A DNA stretch of 64,000 nt, from positions 268 through 64,267 of the forward strand of contig CAZWMG010000008.1 of assembly GCA_964634945.1 (NCBI GenBank), given 5' to 3'. Positions within the stretch are counted from its first letter, which is position 1. Every line of letters begins with the position of its first letter. The notes beneath the pieces are model-generated. The model saw nothing but the letters and a program-made list of their open reading frames with translations, ran no database searches and was not told the origin of the DNA. Made by a program: the position numbers and the translations under genes. Shown one piece after another: positions 8,004-18,258 of this stretch. Source of the stretch: an uncultured Planctomycetia bacterium. Its GTDB lineage: Bacteria; Omnitrophota; Gorgyraeia; JABMRG01.

Positions 8004-11000
8004 ATGAATAAGCGACTGATAATAACAGTGATTTTGACAGTAGGAGTAGCCATTACAGGTATCTGGCTTGCCTTTGCGGATCAGTATACAGGCGGCGCAG
8101 GTGATGGCTGGAGTTATTCCCAGTCTCAAGATCTTCAAATGACAGGGCCTGATGTTATTTTTACTTCAGCCGAGGGCAGTGTTGGCCGTTTGGGCCAGGT
8201 GCCTTCAGGTTATTTTATTTCCGATGTTTTGGATACCAATGGCAATTCTACTTTAGGCGTCTTAAGCTGGATAGCGGATTTATCCGCGGGCGGTGAGATA
8301 AAGTTCCGAATAGCGGGCAGTGACGACAACATCACCTGGACCGATTATTTAGGCCCGGACGGCACAGCCGGAACTTATTTTACCTCTTCAGGGGAATCTA
8401 TCCCATCCGCGTTAGATGCTAAGCGTTATTTAAGATACAAGGCCTATCTTACAACAGCAGATTACACGCCTGTTTTAGACAGCGTAAGCATACAGTTTGC
8501 GGATGATAATGAAGCAAAAAGAATAATAAGTGATACCTCTGATAATAATTTTACTATCCAGACAGCCTCTATTGTTACTGCCGATGTTGAGCCTGTAAGC
8601 CTTGTAGCCGGCGTAACAGGAACTGTGGTTGTCTCGTTTACTTCTATTAACCCTATCCCCGCGGATGGCAGCATAGAGGTAACATTCCCAGTAGAATTTG
8701 ACGTAAGCGCGGTAGGAGATACCGCTTCATCATCAACAATGGACGGCTCATTAACAGTAACCGTATCAGGACAGGTGATAACTATTACCCGCAGCGGCGG
8801 TAGTGAGCAGCCGGTTGCATCAGAAAGTTTAACCTTAACCAACATTAAGAATTCCAATACTTCCGGCATAACAGGGACATACCAAATAAAGACTATTCGT
8901 TCTGACGGAAACATTATTGATGAAAAAACAGATGTTTCAGCGTCAACTATTGTATCAGCAGCTACAGCAAGTGTAACGCTTAATGCTCCTGATGATATTA
9001 CAGCAGGAGGAGCAAGAGCGGCCTATACTGTCACTCGTTATGATGAGTTTAGTAATTTAAATGATCAGGGAGCTGAGACATTCTATCTATATACTACATC
9101 ACAAGGACAGAATGTTGGGTTCTATGATGTTGTTTCCGGAGGAAGCGCGGTTACAAGCATAGATGTTGCTGATGGCACATCAGAATCTGATTTCTGGTAT
9201 TATGATGAGTTGATGGGTACATTTACTAATACTATTTCAGAGATCAATTCCGGCGCTGTATATGATGTAGGAGATAGTAGTAGTACAGATTTTGGAGATG
9301 GCACAGCATCTGGTATTGCGGTTTCAGGCTCAGGTTCTAGTGCTGAATTGGCCCTTTTAGCGAAGAACCGTTGTGGGGTGGTTTATGCAACAGATGGAAT
9401 ATATGATACCCCAGGAACTGCTAGAGGCGTTTATGTTTCCGGAAACTACGCTTATGTGGCTGATGATACGAGTGGCTTAAAAATTATTAATATCTCTAAT
9501 CCAGATTTGCCAACTCTAACTGGGACGTATGGTACTGTTGGTAATGCTCGTGGTGTTTACGTCTCCGGCGACTACGCTTATGTTACTAATCAGATTGCCC
9601 TTGAAATTATTGACATCTCCACCCCCTCTTCACCAACCTTGACTGGGAGATACGACACGTCCGGTATGCCAGTAAATGTTCATGTTCTTGGTGATTATGC
9701 CTATGTAGCTGACTGGGGTAGTGGACTTCAAATTGTTGATATCTCTACACCTTCTTCACCAAGTTTGGCAGGAACATGTGATAGTACTCGTGCAGCAGAT
9801 GTCTGTACCTCCGGTAACTATGCTTATGTTGCAGACGATACAAGCGGACTTCAAATTATAGATATTTCAAATCCTGCTTTACCTACCATTGTAGGAACTT
9901 ATGATACTGCTAATAAGGCAACTTGTGTTTATGTTTCCGGAAACTACGCTTATGTGGGTGATTATCAAGATGACTTGGTAGTTATTGACATCTCTAATCC
10001 TTCTTTGCCAAGCCTAGTCGCAACTGTTAATACTACCGGTGAGCCTAACAGCCTATATATTTCAGGTGATTATCTCTATGTTTCCGATTATTATAGAGAT
10101 GTAAAAATAGTAGATATTTCAACCCCATCTTCTCCTTTTGTAGCTACATTAGTAAAAACTGATTCAAATTATCCCCGAGGTGTTTTCGTTGCTAATGATT
10201 ATGTCTATGTAGCTGATGGTACAAGTGGTTTGCGCATCAAGGATATGACAGATTTGACGCCACCTTCTATCATTACATCTTATGATACTTCCAGTAATGC
10301 CTGGGACGTATGTGCTCTAGGTGATTATGTCTATGTAGCGGATGCGGGACATGGCCTGAAAATTATTGATATCTCTACACCTTCTTCACCAGTTTTAACT
10401 GGAACATATGATACGTCTAGTGACGCCCATGGTGTTTATGTTTTATCCGATTATGCCTATGTAGCGGATGGTTCAAATGGCCTCCAAATCATAGATGTTT
10501 CCAGCCCAGCATCGCCAACAAGGACTGGGACCTGTGATACTCCCGGTGACGCACAAAAGGTCTATCTATCTGGCAACTACGCCTATGTTGCTGATGGTTA
10601 TAGTGGTTTACAGGTGATTGATATTTCTGATTTGTCGTCGCCAACCCTAACTGGAACATATGATACTCCTGGTTTTGCCAGAGATGTTTATGTTTTAGGT
10701 GATTACGCTTACGTGGCCGATAATAGCTCTAGTGGTTTACAGATTGTTGATATTACTGATCCATCTTTGCCGAGTGCTGTTGGGTCGTATAATATTAATG
10801 ATGAGGCCCACGGTGTTTATGCCTCCGGCAATTATGCTTATGTAGTTTTTAATGGCGCAGGTTTGCATATTATCGATGTTTCCACGCCTTCTTTGCCGAC
10901 ATTAACTGGAGCGTACGATACTTCTGGCTATGGCAGAGGCGTTTATGTCTCTGGTAACAATGCTTATGTGGCAGATGATGCAAACGGTTTACAGATTATC

Positions 11001-14000
11001 GATATCTCTAACCCAGCCTTACCAGTCTTGGTGGGCATTACGGAAACTCCGGGTAGTGCCAGGGCAGTTTATATTTACGGTATTTATGCCTACGTTGCTG
11101 ATTGGAATTTTGGAATTGTCATTACTGATATTTCAGGCTATTCTTCTTCCGGCACATTTGCATCACGTATCATGGATAGCGCATCAAATGAAACATTTAG
11201 CACTGCTTCCTGGAATGGCGTTGTTCCAGCTGATACTACCTTGACTATCAAGGCCCGCACTTCTGATGATTCAGCAATGAGCGGAGCAACTGATTGGGCG
11301 AGCTGTTCAGAGCTTACAAGTGGTCAGGATATATCAGATGCAACCGGAGTAACAGACACAGATAGGTATATTCAATACTATATTGAGATGGCAACGAGTG
11401 ATGTAACAGCTACCCCGTCTCTAAGTGATATTGCATTTGATTATAGCCGCTCAGCTACAGGTGGTATCTATGATACAGATAGTCTAAATGTTAAACATGC
11501 TGCTTCGAATAAGATAGCATTTACAACAGATATCACAACTCCTCAGAAAGCAGGCGCTGTATTTACTCTGCCGGCTATCAAGGCATTGGATACATATGGT
11601 AATTTATTAAATAATGACTATGGCGCCTCTGCCTATGCAGAGACTATCACAATCAGTTACGCGCTAAGTGGCGCCTCTGATGCCCCGGATGATAATGGAA
11701 CAGACTCGTTTACTACCAATGTAGCCTTTGCCAATGGTGCGTCCACCACCTCTTTAAGTACTATTCTATACAGGGCGCAGGATACAACCGTAACTCCTTC
11801 AACAGAAGCTGCGGGATTAACGGGCCAGACAACAGAGTCTAATTCTATAACAGTAAATCCTGAAACAAAGAACAAGGTAGTATTTACGCAAGAGCCGTCC
11901 GCGACAGGAAAGATAAATTATCCATTGGATACACAGCCTATAGTTGTGATACAGGATGTTTATGGTAACCAGACAGCTGATACAGACGCGATAACTCTGT
12001 ATGACTCGAGTTCAAATGAGGTATATATGGATGCAAGCGGTACATTGTCAGCAGCATCCAATCCTTTATCAGCTACTGATGGACAAGCGGAATTCAGCAA
12101 CCTGGAATACAGTTTGCCAGGTTCTATATATCTGTATGCCGAAACCGCAGGTATTGACGCGGACTTTTCACAGCAGATAGCGCTATCAGTATCATCAACT
12201 TCTACGGTTGATGCGGCGGCAACGCCAGCGCCTGATTTTGATCTTGTACCGACTAATGATGATATAGACCATAGCTTTACTGTATTGAAGTTTAAGATTA
12301 CAGACGCGGGAGTAGATGATACCCCAACCTTGATAGACAGGATAAAGGTAGCCATATCAGGCACAGGCGCAAGCGCCGCTACTGACATAACCTGGGCAGG
12401 CCTGTATATAGGCGAGACCCAAATCACCACTGTTACAGGTGAGGCTATAGCAAATGATTATATAACATTCGGCACTCTTCCGGATGGCGATTCTAACGCT
12501 GACCTTTACAGCTTAGCTGATAACACATCCGAAGAATTTACAGTTTATATTTATATGAAAGACGGAAAACTTACAGCAACAGAGGATGATACATATATCT
12601 TTGATGTTGATGAGACATTGATAGGAGTAGATAGCGGGTTATCGTCTCAAATGGCATCCGATTCCGCAAGCGTAACTCCGGTTACAGGGACCATAGATGT
12701 TACAATCTCTTATATAGAGGCTGTAACGGCTGCCGGAAATGAAGATGTTGAATTAACAGCAGGTATTGGTAATGATATAAAGCTTCGCGGTGTTGATGTT
12801 AATAAGAACGTAGATGAGGATTATATAGGTAACCAGACATTTAAGTTCTCAGGCCTGAACCAGATAGGAGTCTATAAACCTAAGACAGACGCTACTGTAT
12901 TTGGAAACAACAAGACCATTAGTTTTACAGCAGGTGTCTCAGCGACAACGACTCTTACTGCTTACGCAAAAGAGACAGGTACTCTATCAGCCCAGGACCA
13001 GAATCACCTATCTTATGAAACATACGCGCTAAATGTTACTACTGTAGCTGCACAGGGTGATAGTATAGTTCTTACAAGCGGTAACAACCAGTCCGGCGCG
13101 ATAAACGCGGTATTATCACAGGAGTTTATAGCTACTGTATCTGATGCTTATGCAAACCCTGCCACGGGTGAGGTTGTTGAATTTGCGGTAGATACAGCCC
13201 CTAATGGAGCAAGCGGCCAGAGCCTGAGCCAGCCGCAGGATGACACTGACGATGACGGCTTGGCATCTGTTCTCTTTACTCTGGGCAATGTAGCGGGAGA
13301 CTATTTGATTACCGCAACTTGCGGTAGCATAACAGGGTCTCCATTGACTTATACCGCGACAGCTTTAGAGCCTACAGGACTAAATATAGCAAGCGGCAAT
13401 AATCAGGTTGACAAAAAGGTTGCAGAGGATCTTAATCCTTTTGTTGTGGAACATACAGCCTCCGGCGATATACCTGTTCCTAACGTGGATATTGATTTTG
13501 AGATTATAAGTTTTCCTGATGGGGCTACCGGACAGTCATTGTCAGCGTCAAGCGCTACAACCAATTCAAATGGCCAGGCGACGGCCACCCTTACCCTTGG
13601 CACGAAGATAGGCAGTTATGTTGTGCGCGCTAGTGTTGGAGCGTTTAGTGTTGATTTCACAGCGACCGCTCTTCCTGAGACGCCTAATAAAATAATACTT
13701 TCAGGCCCTAGTTCCGTAGCGGCAGGAGGCGTATCAGAAAGCTTTTCAATATATATAAAGGATACATATGATAATTTAAGCGGCGTAACAAGCGCCACCA
13801 CAATTGGTGCGTCGAGTAGCGCAAGCGCTACATCAAGCTTTTATAGCGACTCGCTCGGTGAAAGCCTTCTCGTAGATGATAGTATATTGTTAAGCATTGA
13901 TACCCATAGCGCTACTTTCTATTACAAGGACACGCTGGTTGGCGTTCCGACAGTTACGGTATCTGTAACGAGCGGACAGGCAGGACTGAATACCGATAAT

Positions 14001-17000
14001 AATAATTCCGGTATCAGTGTTATACCGGGTGGCATACATAGCTTTAAGGTTACAGGTTCAACATCGGCTATGGTTGTCGGAGGAAGCCGTGAGATTACCG
14101 TAACAGCGTATGATGTCCATGATAACGTAAAGACCAATTATAATGGTGATATAAATGTAATATTCTCAGGCGTTGCAGTCTCTCCATCTGCTCAAGCTCC
14201 AACATGTTCTGATAAGGATTCAAATGATATAGCTGTTGGCAGTTCAACTACACTTACATTCTCATCAGGCGTTGCCACAACCACTCTAAAGCCTTATAAG
14301 GCAGAGGAAGTTGCAATAAAGGCTACAGCAGGTGCTGTTACAACAGCTTCTGATAGTGACCTTGAATTTGTTGTGCGCCACGGCGCGCACGACCACCTAA
14401 AATTCGCCGCTAATCTGCCTACTCCGCAGATAGCAGGTAGTGAATTTACATTAGAGACCACCATTGATGTTGTTGATATCTATGCAAATGTATGCGATGG
14501 CGCGAATGGCGCCACTGCATATGCTCAGACAGACAAGACTGTCACATGGACTCTAAGCGGCGAAGCTAACGGCCCCTTAAGCGGAACAGATACATTTACA
14601 AATCCTATTTCATTTAGCGCTGGGCATTCAGTGAATACCTTAATCGCTACTTTATACCGCGCTCAGAATACTACAATAACTCCAAGTGTTGTTGGTCTAA
14701 GCGGAACTAATGAGGCATCCAATACAGTAGTTGTTGCAGGAGGAGAGGTTAATAAGATCCGATATACGCAGCAGCCTTCAGCTACATGTATTACTACTCA
14801 AGCCCTGGCTCAACAGCCGCATGTAGCAATATCTGATGCGTATGGTAATGATGTAATATCAGCAGAAGGAAATATCTCTTTGGCAGCATCAACAACAACC
14901 GGCACATTTACACCTGTTGCAAACGGCACCTTAAGTGCCGCGTCATTGAGTTTAGCGCTGTCATCAGGCGCGGCGGACTTTAGCGAAGTAACCTATAACT
15001 ATCCTGAGAATATCTATATAAGAGCCTCAATATCCGGATATGAGCTGAATAATATCTATTCTTCATTAATAGCCTTCTCAACCGCTGATGAGGCTACTAT
15101 ATCAGCAGGGGCACTATCAGAGCCTTCATCTATCTCATCCTTGTCTGATAACGTGCTTGAGTTAACAGACGTCTTTGATTTTAAGGTTACTGACGGCGGG
15201 ACAGATGGGTATGCTACAAAGGTAAAACAGATAGTTATTACTCAGTCGGCGAATAACACAGCTGAAAGCTGGACAGACTATATCCAGGGCGCGTATATAA
15301 CAGACGGCACAACACAGATATTAGCTATTGTTGAAGAGACAATGCTTGTATTTGGAAGTGGATCAAGTATTATTTATTCTATAAGCAATGGCAGTCATAA
15401 GACATTTACATTGAAGGTATATCTAAAACCCACATTGCCGGCAGGAGCTGATGGCAAGGTAATCGGTTTTAGCGTTGATGCCGATACTTATATAGTTTTA
15501 CATAATTTGAGCTCGCAATTCCCTACAACCTCACCTCTTAGCACAGAGCCTGAGGTAGCTGTTGTGGCTACTAATTTTACGGTTACAGGTGACGCTACAA
15601 TGCTTGCGGGGACTTCAAATACGCTTACCCTGACAGCCGTAGATGCTAATGGCAACAAGGATAAGGATTATACGGGTGATAAGGCATTAGTCTTTAGCGG
15701 AGCTAATGTGTCAACAAATGGAAATAACCCTACGTGCACTTCATTTAGCGGTGCGGATATTGATTTTGCTGACAATACGATAATTACGTTTGTCGATGGA
15801 GTTAACTCATCGACTATTACCATGAAGCTTTATAAAGCAGAAACAGTTTCTGTAAGAGCAGGAGACGGGACACTGGTTACCGCATTAGCTGACGCTCTTC
15901 AGGTTACGGTTTCAGGTGGTACAGCATCAGACCTTCTATGGGGTACCGAACCCGGAACAGTCGCCGTGGCCAATGCGCCATGGAAGGAATTTACTGTAAA
16001 TGTCACTGATGCTTATGGTAATATCGCCTCAAGTGACGCTGATGTGACTATCAGTGCATCGGGTGGGACATTGGCGGATTCTGCTACAGCAGTAGTTGCC
16101 GCGTCATCAGGTGTCGCGACCTTCAGGAATTTTGCTGTTACATGTTCAAGCTATCCAGGTATAGTAGAGATTACAGGCGAATCAGACGGGGTAACGCCAA
16201 CACCGGCATCTAGTTCTGTAACTGTCGCGGAGAAATATTCAGTAACAGTCAATGTCAATGATTATACGAGTGGTGCAGCCCTTACGGAGCTTGCGTTTGA
16301 TCTTCTCTCAGACGCTGGTGTTACAATGTCTAGTGAAGGATTCCCAATGACCGGAAACAGCCCGTTTGAGTTTGAGTTGCCTTATGGCACATATACATTG
16401 TCATTCGAAAAAGAACAATATATGGCACACAGCACAGAGAAGATAGCTGGAGTGGCTGCCGATGCACTCGATGGAACATATGATAACGATATAAGCTGGA
16501 CAGTTATAGTATCATCCTTAGCAGAGGCTACGGCAGATTATAATGTAAAGAGCGGTATTACCTATGATGAGACTACCGATAGGCTTACTCTGCGTCTCTG
16601 GATTGAAAAGCGCGGCAAGATGATACTTAATGATGACGTAAATAAGCTGGGCCCTGCTACTATTGAAATTTATGACGATGCGACTTCTCAATGGCTAAGC
16701 GCTATAAGCCTTACACCGCCTAGCTTAACGAATACGACATCAGGCCTATATTACAAAGTTGTCAGTAACGTTAGCAGTGGAGGCACACCGGCACTAGTCG
16801 AGGGAAAGACATACTTTGCCAGTTGTAAGATAAATTATGGCGGCCTTGACGGAACAGGCAGGCTTTATGAGGGCGGCACGACATTTGCTCTTACTGTAAG
16901 CCAGAGTCTAAAGGCCGTAACTGAAGGCATTGAAATCATGACCGATGATATCAAGGCTGAGGTAACAGGGGTTACGCAATCAGTATCTGATCAGGCTGCC

Positions 17001-18107
17001 GCTACCCAGGCAGTTATTGTTGCCCAAACCGCTTCTACGCAATCAGCCATTGCAACGGGCACCGCCGCTACCCAGGCCGCTGTAGCAACAGGCACCGCCG
17101 CTACCCAGGCCGCTGTAGCAACAGGCACAGCCGCTACCCAGGCCGCTGTAGCATCCGGCACCGCCGCTAACCAGACCGCTATAACTACCATAGGTTCTAA
17201 TCTGGCTTCAAGCGTTGCCGCGACAGAAGAGGTATTAGCGGCGAGGTCAAAGTTAGAGGGCGCTTCAAGCATATTAAATCGGCAGAGCGCTATTCGTAAC
17301 AACGACACTATGGTTATAAGATACCAGACAAATACAGGGCTCGCCCCTGTAATAAGCGTATATGATCCGACCCATGATGAACGGATAGAGAGCGAGCTGA
17401 TGACAGAGACGATACCCGGAATTTCAGGGGTATATGAATACGAGGTTAAATTTATATGGGGGCTTGGTGAACATACTGTTGTCTGCAAAGAAGAGACCAC
17501 AGGCACCCTTGACGGTATGAATGTACAGGTTATCTCAACAGACTTAGAGGATATCTCAGGCTCGCTAACTACTGCTACAGCTACCTTGCAAGGTATCGAT
17601 ACAGATGAATTAGGAGGATTAAGCGTGAGGGTAGCGGATATTAATACATACGTCAGTCAGATGGTCAGTACCATTGACAAACTTTCCGCGTTAAAAGAGA
17701 AGACAACAGACCTGGCGACAGATGCTAGTGATGTTATCTATAAGCAGTTAGAGGTTGCAACGCAGAAGCTCAAAGAGATAAATGAGGGCCAGGGCATCAA
17801 GATAGAAAAGATGTATGACCTTAGTGAAGAACAGTCTGTGGATACAGATTACATCAAGAATAAGGCACTAGAGATCAAGGCATTAGTTGAACTTAGCCAG
17901 GATATCTTAGAAAAGACAGATGATACGCCTATTATGAAGAGCTGGTTAGAATCAGACGATGAATACGCATACCAAGGTGAAGAAGAATATGAAGAACAGG
18001 ACCATACATTAGAACAGGATCAAGAACAGGATCTGGAAGAGGCCCCGGCGCAGGATCAAGAACAGGATCTGGAAGAGGCCCCGGCGCAGGATCAAGAACA
18101 GGAGTAA
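8004..18107 (+). CDS. Giant secreted or cell-surface protein (3367 aa) with an LVIVD beta-propeller repeat region, many Ig-like domains and a C-terminal coiled-coil/acidic tail
   Basis: Signal peptide MNKRLIITVILTVGVAITGIWLAFADQYTGGAGDGW. About 15 tandem LVIVD-type repeats (YAYVADDTSGLQIIDIS.P..P...GTYDT.G.A.GVYVSG.) span nt ~9380-11150. Long Thr/Ser/Ala-rich beta-domain repeats follow. A coding 33-bp tandem (TGTAATQAAVA x4) lies at ~17020-17185, followed by a coiled-coil segment and a C-terminal 36-bp x2 repeat encoding QDQEQDLEEAPA. Confidence 0.85.
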   Translation: MNKRLIITVILTVGVAITGIWLAFADQYTGGAGDGWSYSQSQDLQMTGPDVIFTSAEGSVGRLGQVPSGYFISDVLDTNGNSTLGVLSWIADLSAGGEIKFRIAGSDDNITWTDYLGPDGTAGTYFTSSGESIPSALDAKRYLRYKAYLTTADYTPVLDSVSIQFADDNEAKRIISDTSDNNFTIQTASIVTADVEPVSLVAGVTGTVVVSFTSINPIPADGSIEVTFPVEFDVSAVGDTASSSTMDGSLTVTVSGQVITITRSGGSEQPVASESLTLTNIKNSNTSGITGTYQIKTIRSDGNIIDEKTDVSASTIVSAATASVTLNAPDDITAGGARAAYTVTRYDEFSNLNDQGAETFYLYTTSQGQNVGFYDVVSGGSAVTSIDVADGTSESDFWYYDELMGTFTNTISEINSGAVYDVGDSSSTDFGDGTASGIAVSGSGSSAELALLAKNRCGVVYATDGIYDTPGTARGVYVSGNYAYVADDTSGLKIINISNPDLPTLTGTYGTVGNARGVYVSGDYAYVTNQIALEIIDISTPSSPTLTGRYDTSGMPVNVHVLGDYAYVADWGSGLQIVDISTPSSPSLAGTCDSTRAADVCTSGNYAYVADDTSGLQIIDISNPALPTIVGTYDTANKATCVYVSGNYAYVGDYQDDLVVIDISNPSLPSLVATVNTTGEPNSLYISGDYLYVSDYYRDVKIVDISTPSSPFVATLVKTDSNYPRGVFVANDYVYVADGTSGLRIKDMTDLTPPSIITSYDTSSNAWDVCALGDYVYVADAGHGLKIIDISTPSSPVLTGTYDTSSDAHGVYVLSDYAYVADGSNGLQIIDVSSPASPTRTGTCDTPGDAQKVYLSGNYAYVADGYSGLQVIDISDLSSPTLTGTYDTPGFARDVYVLGDYAYVADNSSSGLQIVDITDPSLPSAVGSYNINDEAHGVYASGNYAYVVFNGAGLHIIDVSTPSLPTLTGAYDTSGYGRGVYVSGNNAYVADDANGLQIIDISNPALPVLVGITETPGSARAVYIYGIYAYVADWNFGIVITDISGYSSSGTFASRIMDSASNETFSTASWNGVVPADTTLTIKARTSDDSAMSGATDWASCSELTSGQDISDATGVTDTDRYIQYYIEMATSDVTATPSLSDIAFDYSRSATGGIYDTDSLNVKHAASNKIAFTTDITTPQKAGAVFTLPAIKALDTYGNLLNNDYGASAYAETITISYALSGASDAPDDNGTDSFTTNVAFANGASTTSLSTILYRAQDTTVTPSTEAAGLTGQTTESNSITVNPETKNKVVFTQEPSATGKINYPLDTQPIVVIQDVYGNQTADTDAITLYDSSSNEVYMDASGTLSAASNPLSATDGQAEFSNLEYSLPGSIYLYAETAGIDADFSQQIALSVSSTSTVDAAATPAPDFDLVPTNDDIDHSFTVLKFKITDAGVDDTPTLIDRIKVAISGTGASAATDITWAGLYIGETQITTVTGEAIANDYITFGTLPDGDSNADLYSLADNTSEEFTVYIYMKDGKLTATEDDTYIFDVDETLIGVDSGLSSQMASDSASVTPVTGTIDVTISYIEAVTAAGNEDVELTAGIGNDIKLRGVDVNKNVDEDYIGNQTFKFSGLNQIGVYKPKTDATVFGNNKTISFTAGVSATTTLTAYAKETGTLSAQDQNHLSYETYALNVTTVAAQGDSIVLTSGNNQSGAINAVLSQEFIATVSDAYANPATGEVVEFAVDTAPNGASGQSLSQPQDDTDDDGLASVLFTLGNVAGDYLITATCGSITGSPLTYTATALEPTGLNIASGNNQVDKKVAEDLNPFVVEHTASGDIPVPNVDIDFEIISFPDGATGQSLSASSATTNSNGQATATLTLGTKIGSYVVRASVGAFSVDFTATALPETPNKIILSGPSSVAAGGVSESFSIYIKDTYDNLSGVTSATTIGASSSASATSSFYSDSLGESLLVDDSILLSIDTHSATFYYKDTLVGVPTVTVSVTSGQAGLNTDNNNSGISVIPGGIHSFKVTGSTSAMVVGGSREITVTAYDVHDNVKTNYNGDINVIFSGVAVSPSAQAPTCSDKDSNDIAVGSSTTLTFSSGVATTTLKPYKAEEVAIKATAGAVTTASDSDLEFVVRHGAHDHLKFAANLPTPQIAGSEFTLETTIDVVDIYANVCDGANGATAYAQTDKTVTWTLSGEANGPLSGTDTFTNPISFSAGHSVNTLIATLYRAQNTTITPSVVGLSGTNEASNTVVVAGGEVNKIRYTQQPSATCITTQALAQQPHVAISDAYGNDVISAEGNISLAASTTTGTFTPVANGTLSAASLSLALSSGAADFSEVTYNYPENIYIRASISGYELNNIYSSLIAFSTADEATISAGALSEPSSISSLSDNVLELTDVFDFKVTDGGTDGYATKVKQIVITQSANNTAESWTDYIQGAYITDGTTQILAIVEETMLVFGSGSSIIYSISNGSHKTFTLKVYLKPTLPAGADGKVIGFSVDADTYIVLHNLSSQFPTTSPLSTEPEVAVVATNFTVTGDATMLAGTSNTLTLTAVDANGNKDKDYTGDKALVFSGANVSTNGNNPTCTSFSGADIDFADNTIITFVDGVNSSTITMKLYKAETVSVRAGDGTLVTALADALQVTVSGGTASDLLWGTEPGTVAVANAPWKEFTVNVTDAYGNIASSDADVTISASGGTLADSATAVVAASSGVATFRNFAVTCSSYPGIVEITGESDGVTPTPASSSVTVAEKYSVTVNVNDYTSGAALTELAFDLLSDAGVTMSSEGFPMTGNSPFEFELPYGTYTLSFEKEQYMAHSTEKIAGVAADALDGTYDNDISWTVIVSSLAEATADYNVKSGITYDETTDRLTLRLWIEKRGKMILNDDVNKLGPATIEIYDDATSQWLSAISLTPPSLTNTTSGLYYKVVSNVSSGGTPALVEGKTYFASCKINYGGLDGTGRLYEGGTTFALTVSQSLKAVTEGIEIMTDDIKAEVTGVTQSVSDQAAATQAVIVAQTASTQSAIATGTAATQAAVATGTAATQAAVATGTAATQAAVASGTAANQTAITTIGSNLASSVAATEEVLAARSKLEGASSILNRQSAIRNNDTMVIRYQTNTGLAPVISVYDPTHDERIESELMTETIPGISGVYEYEVKFIWGLGEHTVVCKEETTGTLDGMNVQVISTDLEDISGSLTTATATLQGIDTDELGGLSVRVADINTYVSQMVSTIDKLSALKEKTTDLATDASDVIYKQLEVATQKLKEINEGQGIKIEKMYDLSEEQSVDTDYIKNKALEIKALVELSQDILEKTDDTPIMKSWLESDDEYAYQGEEEYEEQDHTLEQDQEQDLEEAPAQDQEQDLEEAPAQDQEQE

Positions 18108-18204
18108 TGAACAAGTGCAAAGTGCAAGGCAGATTCTTAAGTTTACATTTCGGGCATTACCTACCTGTCGGTAAGTAAGCACCATTTTGTAAATTTAAGA
18201 ATAT

Positions 18205-18235
18205 TTGCACATTTACCCTTAAAATAATATATAAT
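18205..18235 (+). promoter_or_regulatory. Candidate sigma70-like promoter (TTGCAC-N17-TATATAAT) upstream of the 18259 gene
   Basis: Hexamers read directly from the sequence; no other support. Confidence 0.3.
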
Positions 18236-18258
18236 AAGTAAAGACCAGGGGGGTCGAT

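Noticed and set aside
8462-17506. Several minus-strand ORFs of 60-170 aa inside the giant gene (for example 8462-8914, 11960-12430, 16991-17506)
   Set aside because: These are antisense shadow ORFs of a long, compositionally biased coding region. The 16991-17506 ORF is generated by the in-frame 33-bp tandem repeat.
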